Virus record (IMG/VR): IMGVR_UViG_3300050021_000713
Span: 1,500 to 65,499 of that record
From: a virus
Lineage: Duplodnaviria > Caudoviricetes
Length of the DNA: 64,000 nt
Reading direction: 5' to 3' (one strand)
In this document: positions 38,301 through 47,540 of the stretch, piece after piece
Layout: each line of letters starts with the position of its first letter
Numbering within the stretch: position 1 is the first letter of the stretch
The notes under the pieces: model-generated
The model's database searches: none
What the model was told of the DNA's origin: nothing
What the model saw: the letters and a program-made list of their open reading frames with translations, nothing else
Position numbers and translations under genes: made by a program

Positions 38301-39300
38301 GGAAGCGCTGCTGCAGAAGCAGTACGATACCCAGAGCAAGGTACTCAAGAGCGTAACCGACGACAAAGAGACACTGGACGCAGCTGACCGCAAACAGGAT
38401 GAGATCCAGAAGCGAATCGATGGTTTGATCGAAGCGAAGAAGTACGAGGCAACAGATGCGGATAAGAAGCTCGACGACGTGAGGATCGCACGATTGAAGC
38501 AGGAGAAGAAGAAGCTCGAGGAAAAACTGCACAAGAAGGGTGTTTCCAGTACGTCGGACAAGTCCTGGTGGGACGGCATCGCAAGCATGGGCAACATCGC
38601 CCAGATCGCGGTGCCTATGGCAGTAGGTGCGGGTGGTATGGCCTTGCGTGCAGGTAGCTGGCTTGCAGGTACCGGACCTGGTAGCAAACTTGTGGAAAAG
38701 GCTGCGGGTACTGGAGTCGGTAAACTTGTGGGTGCCGTCGGTGGCAAGCTAGGTGGTAGTGTCCTTGGCCGTCTTGGTGGCACTATGGCCAAGCCTCTCG
38801 GTAGCGGTCTCCTGAGCAAAGGCCTTGGTGGTACTGTGGGTGGGCTTCTCGGTAAGGTCGGTGGTGCTGGACTTGGTGGCCTGATCACAGCGTTCCAAAC
38901 CGAAGGTGATTGGAAGAGGAAGCTGTTCGCTGGTGCCGTTACCGGCCTTGGTGATCTCGCCGCCGGTGCAGCTGGTACAGCGCTTGCCGGTCCTGCTGGC
39001 GGATTCGTCGCCGGTGCTGGTGCGAACTGGTACCTGAGCCAGCATGCCGCGGGTTGGTACGACAAGCTGTTCGGCGACGACAGCGCGGAAGCAGCACCAC
39101 CGACAGTTCTCCCGGATGGGTTGAACAGCTCTATGGCCGGCTCCCAGTCCGAAATGGCCGCACGTGGTGTCGGCACCGTAACGAATGTCGGCAAGAACGG
39201 CAAGGCGTACATGCAGATCGAGATCACGAACTTCGACGGCGCAATTCAAAAACAGCAAACATACAGCGAGCAGAGAGACTCCGGTCTCTCAGGAGGTTGA
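35356..39300 (+). CDS. tape measure protein
   Basis: 1314 aa, Ala/Gly-rich helical with hydrophobic segments; follows the chaperone pair. Confidence 0.8.
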   Translation: MDIAKALRATSSHTVNATAQTFEGLSYGASAAADAVRKARGFVSKSDVSNIRDASRYADDLNTSLDSSAKSASKLSQAIGNVKQNLGAYLKWAAVGGLVSSALRDLSEDADRVVESYYSMGESMARTRKGMHGLIKDTWNLSLQSGRLQMAAARMNMPAEAALHIQEKLMRSTRAFFGPNGKLRYDLIGNTAMQVMAFARITGASVEQSTDLLARLMNQYGKSPRQAVSGLQAIARAGQMVNEELHDMGKDGGVALEDMVGLINDASGAFDGFTLNVEHLAARVSHAVKIGQELGMTYNQAADTAKQMTSIFAKPGGYIAFQAGEQLRQDIESTLKGLTDTEDRAKALSQKYGINVAQGRTLDIAAQGPNAQMNVMEELKGTTAGMEKQFDLMQEQARNNSLSLDVFKQFVGGENLSAEQSGDLMQMLKAQNGSFKDWQRHLDMSKKDVAADKVIDQSVFVPTMAKEWIKATSGAMKLNIAAGIGIFKGAITGLKFAAFIAIGYSIIKAIMNLKQVMRNVDGVLTKWFGDKYVQKKELLLLGLRRAKQEASGAWTYMRSGTMFRDLKSFFHNVGTGIGDLVRAFRNGSARVTIQNVAGNMQARGGTMYQDLRARGGAAYGATREYAMTKAAAARVAAQQALARAQASYSHVSQMAQNSPLVLRRRQAVEEASAALARANERSRAIMSGVTDYAITNTRGTAAAAKRAIQEQARIARNLAAEGTASARRIATRQRRLLLVAERRAQIAAAEQAAVSGGGGGGGLLNTIMSLLGLVSMTGAGGAGAAGMADMAMSAADVVGMAGGLGGGLGGEHIPEGINGRKPGIFKRGWDKLRGRGSRIGEIANDVNGALAPATKPLARASGVSRFMHGNIYTDLAEAAPGAVLHKGGVGSKLLHGGLATAASFGKRNLGKAAIIAGIGAVGWSAYQGFRSTELGEENTGENGETQRAGGRKYDKEIESRTSALEAISKEIDIAQAAGNKDTEALLQKQYDTQSKVLKSVTDDKETLDAADRKQDEIQKRIDGLIEAKKYEATDADKKLDDVRIARLKQEKKKLEEKLHKKGVSSTSDKSWWDGIASMGNIAQIAVPMAVGAGGMALRAGSWLAGTGPGSKLVEKAAGTGVGKLVGAVGGKLGGSVLGRLGGTMAKPLGSGLLSKGLGGTVGGLLGKVGGAGLGGLITAFQTEGDWKRKLFAGAVTGLGDLAAGAAGTALAGPAGGFVAGAGANWYLSQHAAGWYDKLFGDDSAEAAPPTVLPDGLNSSMAGSQSEMAARGVGTVTNVGKNGKAYMQIEITNFDGAIQKQQTYSEQRDSGLSGG

Positions 39301-39301
39301 G

Positions 39302-39514
39302 ATGGACGCTTTGGACATCAGCGTACGCCAGGGTTCCCTGGTGCTGAAGAAGATCATCTCCGGTACCGTGTACGTGAGCACGGACCCTGCCATCATCTTG
39401 GACTCGGACAAGCCGAAGCTGGTCGCGCTTGGACCTGCAGCGGTCAAGATCGCCTTGGCTCAGTCCAACATTCGCAGCTTGGTTCGCCAGCAGCACGTCG
39501 CGGTGGTGCTCTGA
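39302..39514 (+). CDS. hypothetical protein
   Basis: GGAGG RBS, starts MDALDISVRQG. Confidence 0.55.
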   Translation: MDALDISVRQGSLVLKKIISGTVYVSTDPAIILDSDKPKLVALGPAAVKIALAQSNIRSLVRQQHVAVVL

Positions 39515-39933
39515 TGCTCGCGGCGTTGCTACTCGCGATCTCCGGGATCCAGGTATACGACAGCGGAAGTGTCGTCACGATGGACACAGTCTCGGCGGTT
39601 CTGACCATGTCGGAGTTGCGTACGGCGACGGAACGTCTACAGGACCGATCCCTTCTTCTCGAAGAAGTCGATCTCCAGAACCAGCGTCACGTCGCTGATT
39701 CCAGCGCACTCGCACACGATCGTGAAGCGCTCGGTTACCAGTCCAAGGCCTCGGACAGCCTACGAAGTGCATACAACGCTGCGAACAAAGCTCGGCTCGC
39801 CTGCGTTGACAGCGCAGTAGCAATCTACAAACAAGGCGAACACCAGTTCCGCAACGGTGTCCTTGTTGGTGGTGGTGTTGGTGCTGCCGTCGCCGTGCTT
39901 GCATTAATTGTCGGATTCCTTGTCGGAAACTGA
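39514..39933 (+). CDS. membrane-anchored coiled-coil protein
   Basis: N-terminal hydrophobic segment, central coiled coil, C-terminal TM GVLVGGGVGAAVAVLALIVGFLV. Confidence 0.6.
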   Translation: MLAALLLAISGIQVYDSGSVVTMDTVSAVLTMSELRTATERLQDRSLLLEEVDLQNQRHVADSSALAHDREALGYQSKASDSLRSAYNAANKARLACVDSAVAIYKQGEHQFRNGVLVGGGVGAAVAVLALIVGFLVGN

Positions 39934-42830
39934 TGGCTACAGCACTTCAGCTCTGCTACGCCAGTTCTTCCGTCGCCGCTGAGATCGCGGCGTTGGATGC
40001 GCAGGTCGATACCATTGCCGCACCTGTGCGCGCTGCGATCGACGCCCTGCTTACGGACTCGGCGCAAGAGGCCGCGGACGCGTTGACGGAAGCGGTAGCG
40101 AACCACGACACCGCGTTCACCGGAACATCAGCACAGACCCTAAACGGAGCGTTGACGAACGCCGGATTGCCGTCGAACAACCGTACACGTAACGAGGCGT
40201 TGAAGCAATTCGCCGACGCCGGATTCTTGTCCGCGGCCGGGAACTTGTACCAGTGCAACACCGCGACGACGACACCGAGTCAGAGCAAGAACGTGGAGGT
40301 CCAGGATCCTGATGATCACTCGTACCTGCTGCAGGTACTTCGGGATCCAAGCTACACCGATCCAGTGATCACGACGCCACTGGCAACCGCGAGCACAACC
40401 ACGCTGAGCGCCACTTCTTGTACCGGCGCGTACTTGAGCCCAGGCATGCTGGCGCAGATGCGTGAGCTCTACAAGGGATTCGGTGGTGACCTGGTCCAGT
40501 TACGAGCATTCATGGAGAGCCTCAACTCCGGATCCGGAGTTGGCGTGGTGTGGTCGCTGCTGACGTACTTCGTCGCCTACTCCACGGACGACAGCCAACT
40601 GACTCTTGACGACGTCCGGGACCAAGCCCAGTTCCCGCTCTACGACGAGGACATCAACCTCCTCGGTACCAAAGCCCTTGCGGCTATCGAGTATCCGGTC
40701 GGCACCCAGATCTCGAAGTCTGTGGCGCAGGCGCAGGCGAAGATTTTGTGCAAGACCCTGAGCTTGCCGACGGATCCGGTTCTCATGTGCAGGTTCGTGC
40801 GCTTGGACACGAACACAACCGTACGCGCGCAGTCACCGGTTCTGGTCACGGCTGGTTTCGACGGAGCGTTGTTTTCTCCTACGTCATACCGTCTCGGCAT
40901 CAGCGTCTGCGGTTACGCACGCATCATCGACGTCACCGGAGACAAGGGCACGTACTCGCTCTACAGCACGTACACGAGTTCCTCGGTTGCCACCGCGATC
41001 CAGAACGTCTTCGGGGACTTGCTGAGCGTCACCGGGACCGGGGGAGAGATCACGTTCGCCGTGAACCAACGTGGTTCCGGAGCGTCGCTGGCGTTCTTTC
41101 ACGTCGACGACTACGACGCCAGCGAGGCCTGTGGCATCGGTGGTCTCGTGCGCGCCGCGGCTGCGACATCTGGGCAGTCCACAACGGGACTTGTGGACTT
41201 GCTCGGGATCAAGTGGAGCGGTGGTGAACCGGTCAAGGATTCGCTCACCGCAGCAGCCATGGGTGCAGTGAAGACATACGAGCTGGACACGTCGACTGTT
41301 ACGTGCATCACCACCGGATCCGACTACTGGACCACGCGCGCGACAGAAGCGGACGCCATTGTCGACAGCCTCGTTTCCGAATCCACGAACGCGACGGATC
41401 CGAACCAGGTCCTTTCAGACGTCGCAGCGAATACAAAGCTGTACGCCGCGCTGGCGTCGTTCGTCGACATCGTGAGCTTGAACTACCAGGACGTGACACT
41501 TGTTCTGGATGAGTTCGGAAGCGATCTCGCGCACATTCTCATCTATCAACCGACTGTGTATTCTGTGGACTTGTACCGCACACCGTCGACGGTGTTGGAC
41601 GCGTTCTCGAAGGTCGCACAGCAACACATCGACAACGACGGCGTCGAGAAGGCGCAGAATAGCTACAACGTCATCACTCCGTTCCGCAAGAACCGGGCGA
41701 AGCTTTCGTACTACTACACCCTGTACCGGTACCTACAAGTAGAGTCCACGAATCTTGACAGCACAGAACAGGTCCAGCTCACGCAAGCGCTTGCACGCTA
41801 CGTCCCGAGCTTGTACTGGGACAACACCATAACGCTGGAGAAATCGAGTCCGGACACGACGTTGACCGGAAGCGACAGCAGTAGTGTGAGCTCGTTGTGG
41901 TCGGATGTGTTCGATTTCACCTCCAGCATGCTCAGCACATCGTCTATCGATCTCGGATCCACGTTGTCAGCAGTGGTCAAGGCTGCGTGCAAGCTCGATC
42001 CAGATGTGTGCTCTGCCATGGAGTCGTTCTTTTCCAGCATGGCCGCCGCGGAGATGACCGCAGAGGAAAAGATCTCCGCATTCTTCGACCTGATGAGCAG
42101 CCCCGCCAGCGCCAGCATCCGTGCGATGGTCCTGGCCGTGGCGTTGTTGAATCGTCTTGTGGATCGCGCGACCGCACTTGTGCTGGAAGCGAAGCAGAAG
42201 ATGACGTCTTTCTACCAGCGGGCTACGGGATCGAAGAAGTCGCTACCTGAAGCCATGAACGCCCTGGCAAACCTGAACCTGAACGTGTACGACAACTTCG
42301 GGTTCAAGACCAAGTTCTTGAGCTGTTACGTATCCGGATCCGGCGGTGCACTCCTTGCCGTGGCGTGGCAGAAGGCGTTGGAAATCCTGAACCAGTACAT
42401 TTCAGCCATCAACGACCTCATCAACGCGCTCACGAAGGCGATACAGAAGGCGTTGGATCTGCTCATCTGCCTCGCGAACAAGATTTCGGACGGATTCACC
42501 GGATCGTTGACGTACGAGCGCAAAGGTGCCAGTGTGTACAAGGCGGCCGGTGTGGTACCGATACCGGTCTCGTACACAATGACGTGCACGATGACATTCG
42601 GTGACAGCGGTATGGATCCTGCCCTGGCTCGGGAATTGACGAAGTTGAAGCAGAAGCTCACTGCACTTTTGGACCTGTTGCATCTGCAGACGATCACGTT
42701 CAACCAGCTCGGCAAGACCGTGAACACGTTCAAGGGCCTGGAGATAACGAAGGCCTCAGCCGCCGGGCTCTTGATCGAACAACTTCGGGAAGAGATCCTG
42801 AAGAAGCTGCAGGATGCGTTGAGCTGCTGA
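39933..42830 (+). CDS. large hypothetical structural protein
   Basis: 965 aa ORF, TGATG-coupled, in the tail module. Confidence 0.65.
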   Translation: MATALQLCYASSSVAAEIAALDAQVDTIAAPVRAAIDALLTDSAQEAADALTEAVANHDTAFTGTSAQTLNGALTNAGLPSNNRTRNEALKQFADAGFLSAAGNLYQCNTATTTPSQSKNVEVQDPDDHSYLLQVLRDPSYTDPVITTPLATASTTTLSATSCTGAYLSPGMLAQMRELYKGFGGDLVQLRAFMESLNSGSGVGVVWSLLTYFVAYSTDDSQLTLDDVRDQAQFPLYDEDINLLGTKALAAIEYPVGTQISKSVAQAQAKILCKTLSLPTDPVLMCRFVRLDTNTTVRAQSPVLVTAGFDGALFSPTSYRLGISVCGYARIIDVTGDKGTYSLYSTYTSSSVATAIQNVFGDLLSVTGTGGEITFAVNQRGSGASLAFFHVDDYDASEACGIGGLVRAAAATSGQSTTGLVDLLGIKWSGGEPVKDSLTAAAMGAVKTYELDTSTVTCITTGSDYWTTRATEADAIVDSLVSESTNATDPNQVLSDVAANTKLYAALASFVDIVSLNYQDVTLVLDEFGSDLAHILIYQPTVYSVDLYRTPSTVLDAFSKVAQQHIDNDGVEKAQNSYNVITPFRKNRAKLSYYYTLYRYLQVESTNLDSTEQVQLTQALARYVPSLYWDNTITLEKSSPDTTLTGSDSSSVSSLWSDVFDFTSSMLSTSSIDLGSTLSAVVKAACKLDPDVCSAMESFFSSMAAAEMTAEEKISAFFDLMSSPASASIRAMVLAVALLNRLVDRATALVLEAKQKMTSFYQRATGSKKSLPEAMNALANLNLNVYDNFGFKTKFLSCYVSGSGGALLAVAWQKALEILNQYISAINDLINALTKAIQKALDLLICLANKISDGFTGSLTYERKGASVYKAAGVVPIPVSYTMTCTMTFGDSGMDPALARELTKLKQKLTALLDLLHLQTITFNQLGKTVNTFKGLEITKASAAGLLIEQLREEILKKLQDALSC

Positions 42831-42850
42831 TCCGGCGCAACTCCTAGCAC

Positions 42851-44545
42851 ATGGTGAAGTACTTCGGCATCGGCAACCACGCCGGGAGCCTCTGTGTCTC
42901 CGAGGTCGTGGATGTGTACGAGCACGCTGTTCGTGCTGGCTTGGACTACGTCGTGGCCACAGATGAAGAGCTCGTGGACCACATCCGCACCACCGTCGCT
43001 CAGGCCGAGCATCCGCTTCATACACTTGGCGTCGCATTCTGTGGTCTCGCCGGCGTGTTCCCGCAGTCCCGTATTGCCACCGCTGCAGCCCGGCAGCCAC
43101 TGCCGAGACCGAAGCTCTATCCCAGGAACATCAACCCCAAAGCCGTACATCTCTGGGACAACATGTTCCTGAACGATCGTTACGCGCAGGCGATCTCGTT
43201 CAAGACCCCGCTGCAGGTTTGGGCGATCGCGAACCGGTACTTCCGGGACTTGTGCAACAACGCCGGCGTGCATCCGTACCGTGACGAAGACAATTTCGAC
43301 TTCGATCTTCGGGACTTCGTGGCTCTGCGCGTGCGTTTGGTCAAGTCCAGGTTGGAGCAGATCTACCGGCACCTTGACGCCGCGCAGGTCGCGTACAAGC
43401 AGTCGACGTGGACGTGGTCAAAGTTCGAGTCCGACAAGAAGGACTTCTACATCACCGCCAGCAAGAAGATCTCGGTACGCCCGGGCTCGTCACGCAAGAC
43501 CGATCTGGACCGGGTTCTTCGCGAGCTTGAGGGTTACAACGGCGAGCACATCCACTACTCCGTGACCGACGACTCCGCCATCTACCTGGACTACAAGCCC
43601 AAGGCGCGGATGATCGTGGCGGAGATGCACATCCAGATCCCGCGCGGGCTTGTGCTTCGCACACTCCGTCTGACACAGACCAAGACTCCGGACGAAGAGA
43701 AGCGCGCGATTTCGCTGCTGGAAGCGTTGGTGAAGGCCTGGAGCCACGGCGAGCTCAAGGCGGTCGTGGCTTCGGTCACGGTTCCGAAGCTGAGCGGCGC
43801 CGCGTACGTCTCGGATGTGCTCAACACATGGCTGAAGACCGAAGCCGCGGCTACCGCGGCCGCCAGCCCGTTCCACGCCTTCTACACCAAGCTCTTGGAC
43901 TCAATGCAGCCGCACCAGCGTCTGTACTTCTGCAGCGCCATGCAAGCAGATCCAAGTCTGATGGATCAGCTGCACCGGTTCAACCAGGTGACGAGGAATA
44001 GCAACATCGTAACCGCGGCGGCGACGAAGCAGCTGCGCACACTCACGGACATGAAAGTCTACAAGCGAGGCGTCGATGATTTGGATCCGGATGAATTGGA
44101 AAAGTCTGTTGTTGACATTCCTGCCCACGCGGTTCTCCTGCCTCGTAAGGAAGACGAGGACGAAGTAGACGAGGACGGAAAGACCGCGCCCGCAATGTAC
44201 CAGGTGATCTTGCATCCGGAGAAGCTGCATGGCATCCACGTCGCGTTGTCTCCGGCGCAGCTGAAGCAGTGCGCGGACATCGAGAACGACACCGAGACAT
44301 TCGAAGGATCGATCGCGGCCGCGTTCGAGATGCTTGTCGAACGCTTCGACTCCTTGGCCTTGCTCCGTTCCGACGCCCAGCAGGTCCAGAAGTCCCTCGG
44401 CTACACCGACACCTGGCCGTACGCCGAGAACAAGGTGTGGCTACATCACCTGAACATGAAATCAACACATCCAGGCCTCACATTCGACATCGTCGACGTC
44501 GGTGGCCGCAAGCACCTCGCCGCAATTTACGCCGGCCTTTGGTGA
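42851..44545 (+). CDS. hypothetical virion protein
   Basis: 564 aa; contains AAATAAAS and IVTAAAT linkers. Confidence 0.65.
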   Translation: MVKYFGIGNHAGSLCVSEVVDVYEHAVRAGLDYVVATDEELVDHIRTTVAQAEHPLHTLGVAFCGLAGVFPQSRIATAAARQPLPRPKLYPRNINPKAVHLWDNMFLNDRYAQAISFKTPLQVWAIANRYFRDLCNNAGVHPYRDEDNFDFDLRDFVALRVRLVKSRLEQIYRHLDAAQVAYKQSTWTWSKFESDKKDFYITASKKISVRPGSSRKTDLDRVLRELEGYNGEHIHYSVTDDSAIYLDYKPKARMIVAEMHIQIPRGLVLRTLRLTQTKTPDEEKRAISLLEALVKAWSHGELKAVVASVTVPKLSGAAYVSDVLNTWLKTEAAATAAASPFHAFYTKLLDSMQPHQRLYFCSAMQADPSLMDQLHRFNQVTRNSNIVTAAATKQLRTLTDMKVYKRGVDDLDPDELEKSVVDIPAHAVLLPRKEDEDEVDEDGKTAPAMYQVILHPEKLHGIHVALSPAQLKQCADIENDTETFEGSIAAAFEMLVERFDSLALLRSDAQQVQKSLGYTDTWPYAENKVWLHHLNMKSTHPGLTFDIVDVGGRKHLAAIYAGLW

Positions 44546-44583
44546 ACAACGCAAATCCTATCAGCACCACGAGGGCCTAACAC

Positions 44584-44976
44584 ATGCTTCACATCTCTCT
44601 CGACCCAGCAATCTTCGCCAAAGAGCCATGGGCCAGCATTGTTCCGGAGAACCAACGCGACACGTTCGTGTACGTATTGGACCACAGCGCGTCGGTCTCG
44701 ACCGAGGCCCAGATCTGGCCGAAGCCAACTGGTGACGGCATGATCAACGGCTCCCAGTACGTGACCGGTCAGAGCACTAGTCGCAGCCTGGCGATCGGAA
44801 TCAACGGCGAGCAGTTCGACGAACAGACGATGATCACCGTGTTCGGCACCAACGGTAGCGGTGGTATGCTGCAGTTCCAACTCGCCCGTGCAGTTCAAGC
44901 TGGCATCCTTCGCGTAGCCAAGGAGAACGGCACCTACCTGACCGCAAACCAGATCCTCACCGGAGCAGTCTCGTGA
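44584..44976 (+). CDS. hypothetical protein
   Basis: GAGG RBS, typical codon usage. Confidence 0.6.
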   Translation: MLHISLDPAIFAKEPWASIVPENQRDTFVYVLDHSASVSTEAQIWPKPTGDGMINGSQYVTGQSTSRSLAIGINGEQFDEQTMITVFGTNGSGGMLQFQLARAVQAGILRVAKENGTYLTANQILTGAVS

Positions 44977-45326
44977 TCCGAGCTCTCGACGTACTTCGGA
45001 TTGCGGTTGCTGCTACTCAAGCGGCACCGTCGAAGTCTGCGAATCCGATGCAGCAACGCACGCGTACCCGGGATTTCTCCGACGTTATCTCCAACGACAT
45101 CATCGAGCACCTGCGCACCAAGCCAAAGCTTCGCACCAGGTTGTATCAGATTCGTGACCAGGGCGGAGACGACACCGAAAATCTTCGTGCTGCGGTACCA
45201 CTCGTGACCGAGGCCGCGCAATCCCTGTACAAAACCGCGGCCTCCGGTTCCGTGAAGTTCGACGCCTTGTTCCCGACCGCGACATTGGAGAGCATTGCTC
45301 GCAACATCTTGAACAAGGTGCGGTGA
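44973..45326 (+). CDS. hypothetical protein with ALDVL N-terminal motif
   Basis: GTGA overlap; starts MIRALDVLRIAVAAT. Confidence 0.6.
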   Translation: MIRALDVLRIAVAATQAAPSKSANPMQQRTRTRDFSDVISNDIIEHLRTKPKLRTRLYQIRDQGGDDTENLRAAVPLVTEAAQSLYKTAASGSVKFDALFPTATLESIARNILNKVR

Positions 45327-45913
45327 TGGCGCTGACCGACAAATACTTCGATACCTACGCCTGGGACCCAAAGTACCCGGACCGTACGTACGAAGCCACG
45401 TGGCGAGCCTACGGGTTCCACGTGTTCCAGCACTATCTCGAGGACCTGCAGGATTGCAACATCCCGTATCCGGAGAACGTGCTTGATGTCGGTGCCGCGA
45501 ACGGCCGCGTGATCGAGGAGCTCATCAACCGTTACGGTATCGACGCCTACGGGATCGAGCAGTCGCAGTACATGTACAACAAGGCCGCGCCGGAGACTAG
45601 GAAGCGGATTCAACTCGGTGACGCGACGGAGCTGATCCGCGACATCCCATCCGGCAAGTACGCGTGCGCCTACGAGACCGTAGGCCAGTACCTACCGAAG
45701 GAGAAGCTGGCTGCCTACCTGGCCCAGCTTCGCCGCGTCGTCACCTTGGACGTCGTACTACTCGTGTCCACCTCGGACATGACCAGCAAACCACATCACG
45801 AGCAAGTCATCTTCGAGTCCGACGAGTTCTGGATCCGCGCGTTCGCCCGTGCTGGCTTCCGCTCCGCCGGCAACCCGGACTATTCACCGTACTGGTTCCA
45901 AAGGATCGATTGA
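45326..45913 (+). CDS. class I SAM-dependent methyltransferase
   Basis: VLDVGAANG, YGIEQS, LGDA. Confidence 0.8.
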   Translation: MALTDKYFDTYAWDPKYPDRTYEATWRAYGFHVFQHYLEDLQDCNIPYPENVLDVGAANGRVIEELINRYGIDAYGIEQSQYMYNKAAPETRKRIQLGDATELIRDIPSGKYACAYETVGQYLPKEKLAAYLAQLRRVVTLDVVLLVSTSDMTSKPHHEQVIFESDEFWIRAFARAGFRSAGNPDYSPYWFQRID

Positions 45914-45914
45914 C

Positions 45915-47000
45915 ATGTCCGCTGCACTCAACTTGTTCCGCTCCATGTTTCCTGACGCTGAAGTTACGGCCGCCGCGCCGGCGAACCATGCGGATCCACA
46001 TCCGATTCGCGCCTACGTCGACGCGGTAAAGCGTGGCCTGACCAGGAAGCCGATTCCACTTGGTGGTGGTGTCTCGATCTTCTTCCGTACCGTTGCGGCG
46101 TTGAAGAAGACTCCGGGCGAGTACCTGTTCAAGTTCACGTTCGAACACAACAACGACGAGATCCCGGATCTGGAGTTGGTGCTGTACTGCGGACTCGACG
46201 ACATGATCGGTTTGTTCCAGGCCCGAAAGATTCGCGCGGTCTCGAGTACACAGCAGTACCGGCACACAATGAAGGACGAAGCCGCAGTGCTCAGCTCGGA
46301 CCCGAAGGACGTGTGCACGGACCTGAAGCACAAGCTTGGAGTCAACGGCGAGCTCAACCACTTGGTGTTGGACCTGTACAAGCAAGCGATCCGACACCTG
46401 GCGACGCGGCATCCAGAGAATGACGTCGAGCAAGTTCCGGTGGAAGAGCTCAAACCATTCGACTATGCGATGGAGATTCGCAGGGTCTTGCACGGGAAGC
46501 CGATCCGTGTCGACAACGACACCGTCGTAACCTTCGAGGAGTCGACCGCTCTCAAGGCCGACGACGATGTGGTGCTGAAGTTCAAGCTGGAACTGGCGGA
46601 GCTGACGAAGAGCGTACCGGATCTGGAGCTGTTGATGTACGTGACCACGGACAGCGTGGGCGGGATGAAGAGCAGCATCGGCATCCGTAAGGTGCGCATC
46701 CGTTCCAAGAAGGAAGACTACTCCGACTCCGAGACCCAGCACTGGTTCACACTCGGCACCGATCCCGAGGAAGCAGCCAAGGAACTTTTGGAGTACCTGC
46801 AGAACGGGTTGATGAACGACGTTGTGCACGAGATGGCGCATCGCGCGCAGTACTCGCTCAACGGCGGACTTGCGGAAGAGCTGGAGCCTGGAATGAACGG
46901 ACCAGACGTTCTCGACCCTGAAGATCGTGACGGCGGCACCGATGAGCAAGGTGGTGGGATTGACTGGGCCGAGCTTGGTCTCGAGGACCCCGGCGTATGA
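45915..47000 (+). CDS. hypothetical protein with internal duplication
   Basis: Two copies of KPI...ALK...LFKF...PDLEL.LY...RK.R. Confidence 0.65.
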   Translation: MSAALNLFRSMFPDAEVTAAAPANHADPHPIRAYVDAVKRGLTRKPIPLGGGVSIFFRTVAALKKTPGEYLFKFTFEHNNDEIPDLELVLYCGLDDMIGLFQARKIRAVSSTQQYRHTMKDEAAVLSSDPKDVCTDLKHKLGVNGELNHLVLDLYKQAIRHLATRHPENDVEQVPVEELKPFDYAMEIRRVLHGKPIRVDNDTVVTFEESTALKADDDVVLKFKLELAELTKSVPDLELLMYVTTDSVGGMKSSIGIRKVRIRSKKEDYSDSETQHWFTLGTDPEEAAKELLEYLQNGLMNDVVHEMAHRAQYSLNGGLAEELEPGMNGPDVLDPEDRDGGTDEQGGGIDWAELGLEDPGV

Positions 47001-47539
47001 TCGCGCGGGTACAGGTTCAGAACAAGACCACGGTCCAGATCCAGGCCTTCTTCACCGGTGTTGTAACACCGACGTTCACGCTGCAAAACCACAACAGCGC
47101 AAGCGCACACTACAACCAGTTCCTTGACGTAGCCGCCAGCACTTGGTCCACAACACCGACACCGAATTCCATGGTTCCGAACCCAGGTATCGCCAGCCTC
47201 TACGAGGCCACGTTGGCTCAAGCCACGATCTCCGAGTCCGAGATCGACACCTACGTGCTCGTGCTGTCCAACAACAGTGTGAGCACACCAGTGTCCGAAT
47301 GCGAGATTTGGCGGTTCGGCAGCACCGAGGACGTGCAGTTGAAGAACCTGGTCAACTACGTCCTGGCGCCTCGCGTCGAGATCTCCCGGCCGGACAGCAC
47401 CACGGTACAGCGCAGCTTCTTCGACGACAAGACCGCTGGAAACGAAGTCCTGCGCTTCACATCGGTGCAGAATACAAGTGCAGGCCCGGGATCGCCTGAA
47501 GAAGTGCAAACCAACAACACGGATCTGATCGGAGCGTAA
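46997..47539 (+). CDS. hypothetical structural protein
   Basis: ATGA overlap; beta-rich, S/T-rich. Confidence 0.6.
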   Translation: MIARVQVQNKTTVQIQAFFTGVVTPTFTLQNHNSASAHYNQFLDVAASTWSTTPTPNSMVPNPGIASLYEATLAQATISESEIDTYVLVLSNNSVSTPVSECEIWRFGSTEDVQLKNLVNYVLAPRVEISRPDSTTVQRSFFDDKTAGNEVLRFTSVQNTSAGPGSPEEVQTNNTDLIGA

Positions 47540-47540
47540 G

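Noticed and set aside
39514-39933. Spanin or holin call (also 55823-56347)
   Set aside because: Membrane topology is suggestive, but there is no lipobox partner or adjacent endolysin; left as membrane proteins.
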